Assembly: GCA_050251055.1 (NCBI GenBank)
Contig: JBFWNL010000007.1
Span: 64,001 to 128,000, forward strand
Length of the DNA: 64,000 nucleotides
Direction: 5' to 3'
Origin: Bacteriovoracia bacterium
GTDB taxonomy: Bacteria; Bdellovibrionota; UBA1018; JBFWNL01
Below the pieces are notes generated by a model. That model was not told where the DNA came from and made no database searches. It saw only the letters and a list, made by a program, of their open reading frames with translations. Both the position numbers and the translations under genes were made by a program. This document shows positions 48,872 to 58,013 of the stretch, piece by piece (position 1 is the first letter of the stretch; each line of letters begins with the position of its first letter).

Positions 48872-49999
48872 TCAGATATCTGCGACCCGGCGCATGAGTT
48901 TCATGTCTGAACAGGCCGCTACGTGGTCTCGCGCCACTTGGGTCGCGCTTCCGGTCACGGAATCGAACGCATAGGTGATCAAGTCTTGAGTTGTATCGTG
49001 GCAGACGCTGAAGCGATCGCCCACCGAGTTGAAGACCACGCGCCGAGGGTTATCCCCAGGCGAAACCGTAAGAGACGTCTGCAGCGTGAGGGTGTCGCCG
49101 GAAATACGGTGAAAGTAAAGTTTGTCCGTTCCGGTGTCCGAGACGATCGCCCATTCCCCTTCCGGATGGACCGCCAGGTAGCTCGTGTTGGCGGTGGAGT
49201 TCGTAGTCGCGCCCACGGACGTGAGCGCCCCGGAGGGGTCCTTGGTGAAGACCCGAATCTGCGGGATGAGATTGATGCTATTGAGCATCATCACGAAGAG
49301 GCGATCTCGAGCGATGCTCCAAACGCCGATGTTGGGGAACTCGTTCGTCGGCGGGACATAGTCCGTGCCGGTGGTGGAACTGGGCACGCCGTCGGACCCG
49401 AGGGGGATGGCACGGATTCGGTGTTCCAAGTACCCAATGACGTAGAGCGCGCTACCGTCCGGAACGACGGTCAAGGTGGTTCCATCGACGTTGGGGGAGT
49501 TCAGAGGGTAGGTTTGCGTCGATTGTACTTCTCCCTCCTCATTCACTCGGATCGCCAAGAACTGATACATCGTGCTTTGTCCCACATATAAGATCGGTAA
49601 GGTGGGGTGGAACACAAGAACATCGCCGTTGGCGTTGCAAGGAGCTGCAAATGAGCCCGCGGTGGTAAGGACCCCGGTACGTGGGTGCACGGTAAAGAAT
49701 TGAATGGTAGCCACACCAGAGAGGCAGAGCGCGACGACGTTGCGCGTAGGATGTACGGCCAAAGTTTTCGGGGTGAAGCTGAGGTCTACCTCGCTCACTT
49801 CGATTGGTACCGAGCCCGGCTCCCAGCGTAGGGTTTTAATGCCGAATCCTAAGGAGTCGACGAGAAGGAGAAACTGACCCGCGTCCACGGGGCGGTGAAA
49901 GCGGGCGGTACAGGCAGAAGTGGTAAGGCAAAGGGCCGACGTGACGATCACGCCGGCCGTCCGAAAGCGCATGGCTTTTAGAATTACCACCTCAGGCAC
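48872..49999 (-). CDS. Lactonase-type beta-propeller lipoprotein
   Basis: Lipobox TSAC; repeated blades AVHP, VFHP, VVPDG, AVHPEG, PRRVVFN; start could be 49972. Confidence 0.7.
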   Translation of the reverse strand: MPEVVILKAMRFRTAGVIVTSALCLTTSACTARFHRPVDAGQFLLLVDSLGFGIKTLRWEPGSVPIEVSEVDLSFTPKTLAVHPTRNVVALCLSGVATIQFFTVHPRTGVLTTAGSFAAPCNANGDVLVFHPTLPILYVGQSTMYQFLAIRVNEEGEVQSTQTYPLNSPNVDGTTLTVVPDGSALYVIGYLEHRIRAIPLGSDGVPSSTTGTDYVPPTNEFPNIGVWSIARDRLFVMMLNSINLIPQIRVFTKDPSGALTSVGATTNSTANTSYLAVHPEGEWAIVSDTGTDKLYFHRISGDTLTLQTSLTVSPGDNPRRVVFNSVGDRFSVCHDTTQDLITYAFDSVTGSATQVARDHVAACSDMKLMRRVADI

Positions 50000-50130
50000 T
50001 CACGTGTCACGGTAGTAACACTACGCGTGTCAAACCCTTAGACAGACTCGGGGTGACTCCGCCTCCCCCTTGGATCGTAAAAAAATGTTAAAAAACAATT
50101 AGTTAATCCCTGGGTCAGTTTTGACTCGCT

Positions 50131-50147
50131 TTGGCATTTTCCTTGCT
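50131..50147 (+). promoter_or_regulatory. sigma54-type -24/-12 promoter
   Basis: TTGGCATTTTCCTTGCT (GG-N10-GC). Confidence 0.75.
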
Positions 50148-50239
50148 CTATTCCACCTCAAGAGAGCATTGCGTGATGGCTGTCCCGTGTGGATGTAGAG
50201 CGAACCATCACTTTGTTGAACTTGTTTGTGGAGGTACAT

Positions 50240-50938
50240 ATGAACATTCGGACGATCTCGATCGCCCCTGCCGTCAAAGCGTGGGCGATCCTTACGGTCG
50301 CGGTCCTCTCCGGTTGCGGAGGCGGGACCAGCGTACCAGCAGTGATTCCTGGATCTTTAACCCCGAACGGCGGCGCCTGTATCACGGGCGTTGGCGGTCA
50401 ATTGGCCCAGATCGGTTTTACCGGCCAAAATAACTATTTCGACGATTACTACGTCCGTGGCGGACAAGCCCAGGGTGGCGCTTATGGCACCATGACCGTG
50501 GGTGGCGGCGGGGCGATCGGCGGCCCAGGGATCAACCTGAGCCGTTCGAGCTCGGATGGTTATATCCAGATGAACGTCAATTTTCCCGGCGGCCAGGGCG
50601 TGCTCCCCGGCGGCAGTGGCTACGGCCCGGCCAACATCAGCGGCACGATCCAGCTGAGCCAAGCCGTGGTGCAAGACATCTATAACCAGTTCCTTGGGCC
50701 TTATTACGGCGGGGGCTACGGTCTTCCCGGATACCCCAATGGATATCCTAACGGGTATCCGAACGGGCAGCAAACGACGCAGGTCTGCGTGAGCAACCTT
50801 GTGATCGATGGCCTCCACCAAGGCTCTACGTTTTACAACGTGTATCCTCAAGCCGCCGTATACCTCTACATCACCGTGGGTGGCGTAGCGGGTGGGCAGC
50901 AGGGTTACACCGGCCAGCCTTACGGGCTCTACTTCTAA
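50240..50938 (+). CDS. Gly/Tyr-rich lipoprotein with (GYPN)3 repeat
   Basis: SD GGAGG; lipobox LSGC; GYPNGYPNGYPNG. Confidence 0.75.
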   Translation: MNIRTISIAPAVKAWAILTVAVLSGCGGGTSVPAVIPGSLTPNGGACITGVGGQLAQIGFTGQNNYFDDYYVRGGQAQGGAYGTMTVGGGGAIGGPGINLSRSSSDGYIQMNVNFPGGQGVLPGGSGYGPANISGTIQLSQAVVQDIYNQFLGPYYGGGYGLPGYPNGYPNGYPNGQQTTQVCVSNLVIDGLHQGSTFYNVYPQAAVYLYITVGGVAGGQQGYTGQPYGLYF

Positions 50939-50962
50939 GTCGATACGTACCTCCCGATATCC

Positions 50963-51160
50963 AAGCGGGTTGGTCGTCGCAGTGGAAGTGAAAGCGAAAG
51001 CGCGGGCAAGCTGTAGCAGTGTAAAGGTGCCGCCCACACCGAAGAGCAGTAAAGCAGATCAAAGCCAAACCGCTTAAACTCGCAGTTTGGACAGAAAAGA
51101 CCGCGAGTTTTGTAGGAAGGGACCAGTATGACGGCACTGGTCCCTTCTTCTTTTTGTTTT
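50963..51160 (+). ncRNA. Candidate structured small RNA or long structured 3' UTR (family not recognised)
   Basis: Long-range stem 50963-50974/51064-51075, hairpin 51076-51110, terminator 51116-51160, repeated GCAG..AAG units. Confidence 0.4.
51116..51160 (+). terminator. Rho-independent terminator
   Basis: 12-bp stem GAAGGGACCAGT/ACTGGTCCCTTC followed by TTCTTTTTGTTTT. Confidence 0.9.
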
Positions 51161-51176
51161 CCCGAATGCGCGGTAG

Positions 51177-51998
51177 TTAGCGGACCCGGCACGAAGCCAG
51201 GGTGCGGGCCGCGCGCGGAGTGCCCGCGTTGCGCCGGTACTCGGTGACCGCGTCCACGATCGCCTGGGCGATGCGGTGCCGGCCCCATTTGGACATCATC
51301 ATCGTACGATCGACGACGCTGCTCATGAAGCCCGCTTCCACGAGCACGCTCGGCATGTCGGCTCCCAGTAACACGTAAAACAAAGCTTGCTTCACCCCGC
51401 GGTTCTTGCGCTTGCCCGTCTCGAGCGTCTTGGTTGCGCCCACGAGCTGGCCTTGAATTTTGCACGCGAGGTGCTTGCTTTCGCTCAGGTTGGCGTCAAT
51501 CAGCAGGTCCTTCACGATGAGCGAGACGTCCGATTTCTTCCCCGCCTTGGAACCTTCCAGCACGGCATTCTCCAGATCGGCGAGGCGTTTCGAGGACGCA
51601 TCCGTGGAGTTATTGAGAATATACGTTTCAAAACCTTCCGCGTCCGAGGCGTGATCCCGGGCAGAGTTCATGTGGAGTGAGATAAATAGATTGGCGCCTA
51701 AGCGATTGGCGATCGCCGTGCGATCGGTAAGGCCCATATCCAGGTCTTCCCGTCGGGTGAGGACGGCGCGCACGCCCTTGCCCTGGAGCTGGGCGGCGAC
51801 CTCCCTGGAAAGAAGAAGCGTGAGATCCTTCTCCGCGATCGCCTGCGCCCCATCCTTATAGATGGCGCCGTGATCGGATCCGCCGTGACCGGGGTCCAAA
51901 ACGACGAGGAACGGCTTACAGGCCGCCTCCGTCGGAGTGACCGCGGCCGTTACGAATAGAAGAGTGATGAGGCTGAGTTTTCTAATTCCTAAAAGCAT
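51177..51998 (-). CDS. N-acetylmuramoyl-L-alanine amidase (Amidase_3, catalytic domain only, exported)
   Basis: Signal peptide; DPGHGG, EKD, SLHMN, LVEAGF. Confidence 0.92.
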   Translation of the reverse strand: MLLGIRKLSLITLLFVTAAVTPTEAACKPFLVVLDPGHGGSDHGAIYKDGAQAIAEKDLTLLLSREVAAQLQGKGVRAVLTRREDLDMGLTDRTAIANRLGANLFISLHMNSARDHASDAEGFETYILNNSTDASSKRLADLENAVLEGSKAGKKSDVSLIVKDLLIDANLSESKHLACKIQGQLVGATKTLETGKRKNRGVKQALFYVLLGADMPSVLVEAGFMSSVVDRTMMMSKWGRHRIAQAIVDAVTEYRRNAGTPRAARTLASCRVR

Positions 51999-52069
51999 TT
52001 ATACGTGCATTCCTTTGCACTTGCCGGGACCCGGGAGCCCTGGCAATAGCTTATGACGAGGAGAGCTTC

Positions 52070-53161
52070 ATGAGCAAGCTGAATGACTCGATCGGGGCTC
52101 TGGGAGCCTGGTTCGAGCGTCAAAAACGTGTCCTACCGTGGCGTGACGACCCAAGCCTGTACCGCGTATGGATCTCCGAGATCATGCTCCAGCAAACTCA
52201 GGTCGCGACCGTCGTACCGTATTTCAACCGGTTTATGACACGCTTCCCTAGGCTCGAAGATTTGGCGCAGGCCCCCGTGGAAGACGTTCTCGCTCAGTGG
52301 TCTGGTCTGGGGTACTACTCGCGTGCCCGTAACATTCATAAGGCCGCCCAGCGGGCCCATCGCGACGGTTTTCCGCAGAACCTCGCGGGCTGGCTCGAAA
52401 TGCCGGGCGTGGGTCCCTACACCGCCGGGGCGGTTCTTTCCATCGCGCTGGATCACGTCGTGCCCATTCTGGATGGAAATATCGAGCGCGTGATGTCGCG
52501 TCTGCGTCGAGTGGGACGGTACGAAGCCAAGAAGTCGCGACTTTGGCGGTTGTCGAAAATTTTTGTGAAGCGCGGCGCGGATTTGGGCGTGCGTCCACGC
52601 GTGTTGAATCAAGCGTTGATGGAGTTAGGCGCCACCGTTTGTACGCCAAAAAAACCGGCGTGCATGCTTTGTCCGCTGGCGGACATCTGCCGTGCGCGCG
52701 CCGCCGGCGACATGGAGGCCTACCCGCCGACGAAACCGAAAGCGCCGTGGGTCCAAGTGCGTGAAGACGTGCACTTGATCTTGGGGGCGGCCGGTCGCGG
52801 ATTACTCATGCGACAAGGGGTCGGTGACTGGCGGCAAGATCTCTGGGATCTGCCGGCGGATTCACCTTCGAAGCAGGACTTCGAGTCCCTGGGGTTCGTG
52901 GAAGTTCGTTACGTGGTGACCCGACACAAGGTGAGTCGACGGGCGACGATTTGGCGGGCGAAAACGGCGAAGCCCGTTTGGCGTGCGGCCGAAGCACAGT
53001 GGGTATCGTTGCCCCAGCTGACTACGGCGTGGGAAGAAGGAAAAGTGCCCCCACTACCGGTAGGCTCGGCGCTTAAGAAGACGCTTTTGGCGGTGCGAGC
53101 GCGGTATCCGGAAGCTTGGCGCGAAGCTGCGCCAAGAAATTCAAGGCCTGCAAAGGCGTGA
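52070..53161 (+). CDS. mutY: A/G-specific adenine glycosylase
   Basis: SEIMLQQTQV, WSGLGYYSRARN, PGVGPYTA, DGN, C-x6-C-x2-C-x5-C. Confidence 0.95.
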   Translation: MSKLNDSIGALGAWFERQKRVLPWRDDPSLYRVWISEIMLQQTQVATVVPYFNRFMTRFPRLEDLAQAPVEDVLAQWSGLGYYSRARNIHKAAQRAHRDGFPQNLAGWLEMPGVGPYTAGAVLSIALDHVVPILDGNIERVMSRLRRVGRYEAKKSRLWRLSKIFVKRGADLGVRPRVLNQALMELGATVCTPKKPACMLCPLADICRARAAGDMEAYPPTKPKAPWVQVREDVHLILGAAGRGLLMRQGVGDWRQDLWDLPADSPSKQDFESLGFVEVRYVVTRHKVSRRATIWRAKTAKPVWRAAEAQWVSLPQLTTAWEEGKVPPLPVGSALKKTLLAVRARYPEAWREAAPRNSRPAKA

Positions 53162-55751
53162 ACTCATTTAAATTCGAATCGTAAAGTTCCTGGGCCAGTC
53201 TCGCGTGCGCTTCGGCGCGGGGATCCGGTTCGCGCACGGGAGCGGGCGCTGCCGCTACGGTGTCTGGCGCGCGCAGATTGAAGAGCGAGAGCTGGCTGGG
53301 GTCTTCCATCTGGCCGGCACCCGAACGACTTTGCGTTTCGAGTTTCTTCAGTACGTCCCAGGCATGGTGGATGATGGGTTCCGGTATGCCCGCGAGCTTG
53401 GCGACCTGGATCCCGAAGCTTTCGTTCGCCGCCCCCGGCCGTAACTTATAGAGGAATCGCAATGCGGACGCCTGGGCGCCGCCTTCGACCGCCATGTGGG
53501 CGTTGGCTAGGCGAGGGAGTTCTTCCGATAGGTGCGTGAGTTCGTGGTAGTGGGTCGCAAACAACGTGCGTGCTTCGATTTCGCGGCAGATCCAGCTTAA
53601 GGTGGCCCAAGCCACACTCATGCCGTCGAAGGTGCTGGTGCCACGGCCAATCTCGTCGAGCACGATGAGCGAGCGGTCGTCCGCGTGATGCAGGATGTGG
53701 GCGAGCTCGGTCATCTCCACCATGAACGTGCTTTGCCCGCGTGCGATGGCGTCGTGGGCGCCGATACGGGTGTAAAGCGAGTGGAATTTGCCCCAACGCG
53801 CGGAACGCGCTGGTACGGGGGCACCCATCTGACCGAGGATCACGATGAGGGCGATCTGGCGCATGATCGTCGATTTACCGCCCATGTTCGGGCCAGTGAT
53901 CAGGAGAGTTTGGCGTGTGTCGGGCGAGAGCTCCAGGTCGTTCGGCACGAACTTGCCGGGCTGAGAAGCGTCCACCAACGGGTGGCGTCCGTCACGGATT
54001 TCGAGCGCGAGCGTGGCGTCGATCTTTGGAAAGCACCAACCGGGTTCCAAGCCCAGCTGCGCGAGCGACCCCAGGGCGTCGAGCTGGCCGAGGCCGGTGG
54101 CCGCATTCATAATATGTGGGGTGAGCGCGCGGATTTCCGCGACCAGGTCTTCAAATAGTTTCGTTTCGAGCGCCTTCTGGCGGGTGGAGGCGTTGATGAT
54201 CTTGTCTTCAAAGTCCTTCAGCTCGTCGTGGAAGAAGCGCTCGGCGTTCACCGTGCTCTGTTTGCGCTGGTAGTGCGCGGGCACCTGCTTGAGATTCGCC
54301 TTGGTGACCTCAATGTAATACCCAAACACGCGATTGTAGCGGATCTTTAGGGATGAAATGCCCGTTGCCTCGCGCTCGCGCGCTTCCATCTCGATCAGGC
54401 GTTTTTCGCCTTCCTGGGTGAGCAGGATCAGTTCGTCGAGCTCGGGCGTGGTGCCAAGATTGAAAACACCGCCATCGCGGACGACGAGCGGAGCTTCGTC
54501 GCGCTGGGTACGAAGGATGCGATCGGTGAGGGGGCCTAGCGCCTCAAAGGCAGTGCGCAGGGAAGCCGCCTGGGCCTGGATCAGCGGCGCCGAGAAGGGT
54601 TTCAGCTCCGCGGCCAAGCCCGGGAGCGTGCGCAGTGAGCGTCCGAGCGCCAAGGTGTCGCGCGGGTTCGCCAACCCCGTAGCTACGCGGCCCAAGATTC
54701 GTTCCAGGTCGTAAACTTCCGCGAGCTGGGTTTGTAGCCGCTTCAGGCCGGCGCCATCGCGCCCCAACGACTGCACCCCTACCTGGCGTTCGGCGATCGC
54801 TTTTTCGTCGCAAAGTGGCTCTAATAACCAGCGCTTTAGCTGGCGCGCCCCCAGGGCGGTCTTCGTGCGGTTCATCCAGTCGTAAAGATTCGGCGTGCCG
54901 TCGGCGGCGGGGAGCAGGTCTAGGTGTTGAGCCGTGCGCGGCCCGAGCTGCAGCGAAGTGTCGCGGCGGAACGTCCGCGGCGGTTTCAAATGCGCGAGCG
55001 TGTCGAGCTTCTGCAGGCGCTGGGTGTAGAAAATCAGTAGAGCCAATCCGTAGGCGGCGGCTTCGTGCGGAAAGTGGGACTCGAGCGAAGACCAGCCGAA
55101 GGCTTTTTTTACCAAGGCGAGCGCGGGTTCATGATTGAGGTAATGCGGAGGCAGCGCTTCGACTAGCGTTTGGGATTCCGGGCCGGCAAGGCCCTCGGGT
55201 AATCCGGTCATCCCGGCCAAGATCCAATGGCGGACATTCAACGTCCCGCACTGGGTAGAGAGTTCTTGGGCGTCGAGCGGTGGGGTGAGGAACGATTCGC
55301 CGGTAGCGGGGTCGAAAGCCACAAAAACCCAACTGGGCGCGGCGCCGGGAATCGGTACGAGCGTCGCCAGGAACGCGGCATCCGTCTCGAGGGATTCGAA
55401 TTGCACCGCGGGGGTAAAGATTCGGGTGATGTCACGGCGGACGATGCCCTTGGCCGTTTCGGGGTCTTCGACTTGTTCGCCGATGGCGACCTTCTTGCCC
55501 GCCTTCAAAAGTTTCTGGATGTAGCCCTGGGCGCTGTGGTGGGGAACGCCGGCCATGGGCATCGGGTCGGGTTTCGATTTGTCACGCGAAGTGAGCGTGA
55601 TGCCTAGAATTCGGGAAGCGACGACGGCGTCGTCCCCGAAGAGCTCGTAGAAATCGCCCATGCGGAAGAACAAAAGTGCGTCCCCGGCCTGCTCTTGGAC
55701 TTTGGCCTTGAGATCCCAGTACTGGCGCATGAGGGGAGTAAGCTCTGACAT
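53073..55751 (-). CDS. mutS: DNA mismatch repair protein MutS
   Basis: TPLMRQY, FRMGDFYELF, GPNMGGKST, STFMVEM, DEIGRGTS, ATHYHEL. Confidence 0.97.
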   Translation of the reverse strand: MSELTPLMRQYWDLKAKVQEQAGDALLFFRMGDFYELFGDDAVVASRILGITLTSRDKSKPDPMPMAGVPHHSAQGYIQKLLKAGKKVAIGEQVEDPETAKGIVRRDITRIFTPAVQFESLETDAAFLATLVPIPGAAPSWVFVAFDPATGESFLTPPLDAQELSTQCGTLNVRHWILAGMTGLPEGLAGPESQTLVEALPPHYLNHEPALALVKKAFGWSSLESHFPHEAAAYGLALLIFYTQRLQKLDTLAHLKPPRTFRRDTSLQLGPRTAQHLDLLPAADGTPNLYDWMNRTKTALGARQLKRWLLEPLCDEKAIAERQVGVQSLGRDGAGLKRLQTQLAEVYDLERILGRVATGLANPRDTLALGRSLRTLPGLAAELKPFSAPLIQAQAASLRTAFEALGPLTDRILRTQRDEAPLVVRDGGVFNLGTTPELDELILLTQEGEKRLIEMEAREREATGISSLKIRYNRVFGYYIEVTKANLKQVPAHYQRKQSTVNAERFFHDELKDFEDKIINASTRQKALETKLFEDLVAEIRALTPHIMNAATGLGQLDALGSLAQLGLEPGWCFPKIDATLALEIRDGRHPLVDASQPGKFVPNDLELSPDTRQTLLITGPNMGGKSTIMRQIALIVILGQMGAPVPARSARWGKFHSLYTRIGAHDAIARGQSTFMVEMTELAHILHHADDRSLIVLDEIGRGTSTFDGMSVAWATLSWICREIEARTLFATHYHELTHLSEELPRLANAHMAVEGGAQASALRFLYKLRPGAANESFGIQVAKLAGIPEPIIHHAWDVLKKLETQSRSGAGQMEDPSQLSLFNLRAPDTVAAAPAPVREPDPRAEAHARLAQELYDSNLNEFTPLQALNFLAQLRAKLPDTALAPPKASS

Positions 55752-55912
55752 CGGTGCTTTGCAGATAGCAGACGCGCCGGGGGTCGCCCAGACTTTTTTG
55801 CCGGCACTCGGCAGCGGTTGCCGCACGGAGCCGTCCCCGTCTTTGCGTCAGTCCCTTGGCGGATAAAATGCCTTTTTCATCATGGGCTTTGCGCGGTACG
55901 GCAAAGGTCGCG

Positions 55913-55929
55913 TTGGTATGGGGCTTGCT
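55913..55929 (+). promoter_or_regulatory. sigma54-type -24/-12 promoter
   Basis: TTGGTATGGGGCTTGCT (GG-N10-GC), just upstream of SD GGAGG and ATG 55953. Confidence 0.7.
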
Positions 55930-55952
55930 GATTACCTCCCGGAGGATTTCGC

Positions 55953-58013
55953 ATGTCCGGAGTATCCCCCAGCGGGGACCCAACCTACTACCATGACCTA
56001 GTCGCGAACTACCGTCGCGCCAACGAGGACTTGGAAGAGCAGAACAAGACCGAGCGGGAGCAGGCCGCCGAGCGCCAAGAGGCCCACAACCAGGCTTCGG
56101 AGCGAAAGACCAAGGACGCGATTCAATCCATTGAAGATTCCTATGAGCGCACGATCAAGAACGTGAAGCGCTCGGCAAATGAAACCCTCGAAGACTCCCG
56201 TAACGTGGACCGTGAACAGTACCAGGACCTGAAGCGTTCCACTTACAACCGATACGGGGCGTACCAGAACGAGGTGAACGACGCGAAGCGTGCGGTCGCG
56301 GAAACCGAAAAATCCTGGCAGAACGTACACCGGCAAGATCAAGAAAAGCTCCAAGACATGGAGCAGCGGCATACGCAGTCGATCAATCGGATGAATCGTC
56401 AGCAAGCGAACGAGCTGCACGACGCGGTTACGCGCGTGCGCGATGATGCTTCCGAGCAGCATGCGCAAAGCGTGCAGCGGGAGCGGGAGGATTTTTACGG
56501 ATTCCGCAAACGCATCCAGGACACTTATGACCAGGCCGCCACGGAGCTGCATAAGGATGCTGCCAAGCAGAGGAATCACAATTTGGAAGAGATTGCGAAG
56601 CTCGAGCGCCTCGGGAATGAGCGCGCCGATGAGGCTCGGCTCGTTGACGAGCGTAAGCGAGCGGACATTTCTCGCACTATGGACCATCGGATGGGCCAGC
56701 AGCTTGAGGCTCAGCGCATCTCCCACACCGAAGAGATGACGGATTTGCGCGGCCGCGCGAAAATGGCCGCCGATGCCCAGGCAAACTACATGCGCGATAA
56801 GAACTTGGGCCGCGTCGAGGCGATCAAGGACGTCGAGAGCGACTGGAAAATGCGGGAACGCCAGATCATGGACACGGCGATGCAGGAGAAGGAAAAGCTT
56901 AAGGCCGATGTCGTCGACACGGAGTCTTACCTTCGCGCGCAGAATCAAAGTACTTTGAGCGAGAAGGACGCCTACTTCACACGGGTGATCGGCCGCCAGA
57001 ACGCCGAGAACCTAAAGGAACGACAAGAGCTGCAGAGCACGTTTGACCGCGCGAAGGGGGAGCTGGATCTCCGCAATCAGCGCGACCGCGAAATGTCCGC
57101 TAAACGTCTGGAGAGTGCGCTCGATGTAGCCAATCAACAGCGTAACGAGGCATTGGCCGATCAAGCGCGCCAGTACCAGGAGACCGGGGGCCGTCAGCGT
57201 CAGGAAATGCGCCAGCAGATTGCGCAGCTGGAAAAGAAAGTGCAAGTGGCGGAAACCACCGATGATCCGAGCAAGATTTCGCCTGCGGCCGAGCAGGCCG
57301 TACGCCGGAACGTGATCGGGGAGTATCAACGCATCTTCCAAGCCGACAAGGAGCGTAACGACGAAACGATGAACCGCTTGCGGAGGGGGCTCGCGGACGA
57401 TCTCGAGAGCGAAAAGCTACGTAACCGCTCAAGCGAGATGAAGATGTCCCGCACTCATATGGCGGAGCAGGACGCCGAGCGGTCCCAGTTCTATGCGTTC
57501 GTGCAGGACACCGAGCAGCAGACGAATCAAAAGCTGGCCATGAAGGAAGACGAGTCTCAGCGGGGAATGGAGGCCTTGATTCGAAATCATACCCGCCAGT
57601 CCGAGCGAGTCCGTCGGGATACGGAAGATCGGGCGTTGGCCCAGGATCTAAACGCCAAGGCCCGCCTTCAATCCACGCAGCAGGACGCTGATTTTAACGA
57701 AAAAATGACCCATCGCAAGCACGCGCACGAACTGACCCAGCAGGCGCGTGAGTTTAACCGCGCGATGAACCTAAAAGATGAAGAAACGAAGCGCGCGCTC
57801 GATGACATGAAACACGAGACGGATAAACGCATTAACGATATCGAGCGTGAAAAACGATTAGCCCTGGACTCACAGGCGCGTACCTACGAACAAAGAATCA
57901 AGGAACTTGAGGCTTCCAATAACGAGCGGCAGCGTGTTATGGCTTCCAACTACGAAGACCAACTGGAGAGAGTAAAACAGTCGAATGCCCGACTCATCCA
58001 ACGAAAGAGCTAA
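55953..58013 (+). CDS. Long coiled-coil hypothetical protein (686 aa)
   Basis: E/R/Q/D/K-rich, almost Pro-free, no signal peptide. Confidence 0.85.
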   Translation: MSGVSPSGDPTYYHDLVANYRRANEDLEEQNKTEREQAAERQEAHNQASERKTKDAIQSIEDSYERTIKNVKRSANETLEDSRNVDREQYQDLKRSTYNRYGAYQNEVNDAKRAVAETEKSWQNVHRQDQEKLQDMEQRHTQSINRMNRQQANELHDAVTRVRDDASEQHAQSVQREREDFYGFRKRIQDTYDQAATELHKDAAKQRNHNLEEIAKLERLGNERADEARLVDERKRADISRTMDHRMGQQLEAQRISHTEEMTDLRGRAKMAADAQANYMRDKNLGRVEAIKDVESDWKMRERQIMDTAMQEKEKLKADVVDTESYLRAQNQSTLSEKDAYFTRVIGRQNAENLKERQELQSTFDRAKGELDLRNQRDREMSAKRLESALDVANQQRNEALADQARQYQETGGRQRQEMRQQIAQLEKKVQVAETTDDPSKISPAAEQAVRRNVIGEYQRIFQADKERNDETMNRLRRGLADDLESEKLRNRSSEMKMSRTHMAEQDAERSQFYAFVQDTEQQTNQKLAMKEDESQRGMEALIRNHTRQSERVRRDTEDRALAQDLNAKARLQSTQQDADFNEKMTHRKHAHELTQQAREFNRAMNLKDEETKRALDDMKHETDKRINDIEREKRLALDSQARTYEQRIKELEASNNERQRVMASNYEDQLERVKQSNARLIQRKS

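Noticed and set aside
50963-51110. c-di-GMP-I riboswitch, 6S or SRP identity for the candidate RNA; small ORFs 50892-51077 (+) and 50871-51137 (-)
   Set aside because: I could not match those consensus elements by eye; the ORFs lack an SD and overlap the lipoprotein gene.
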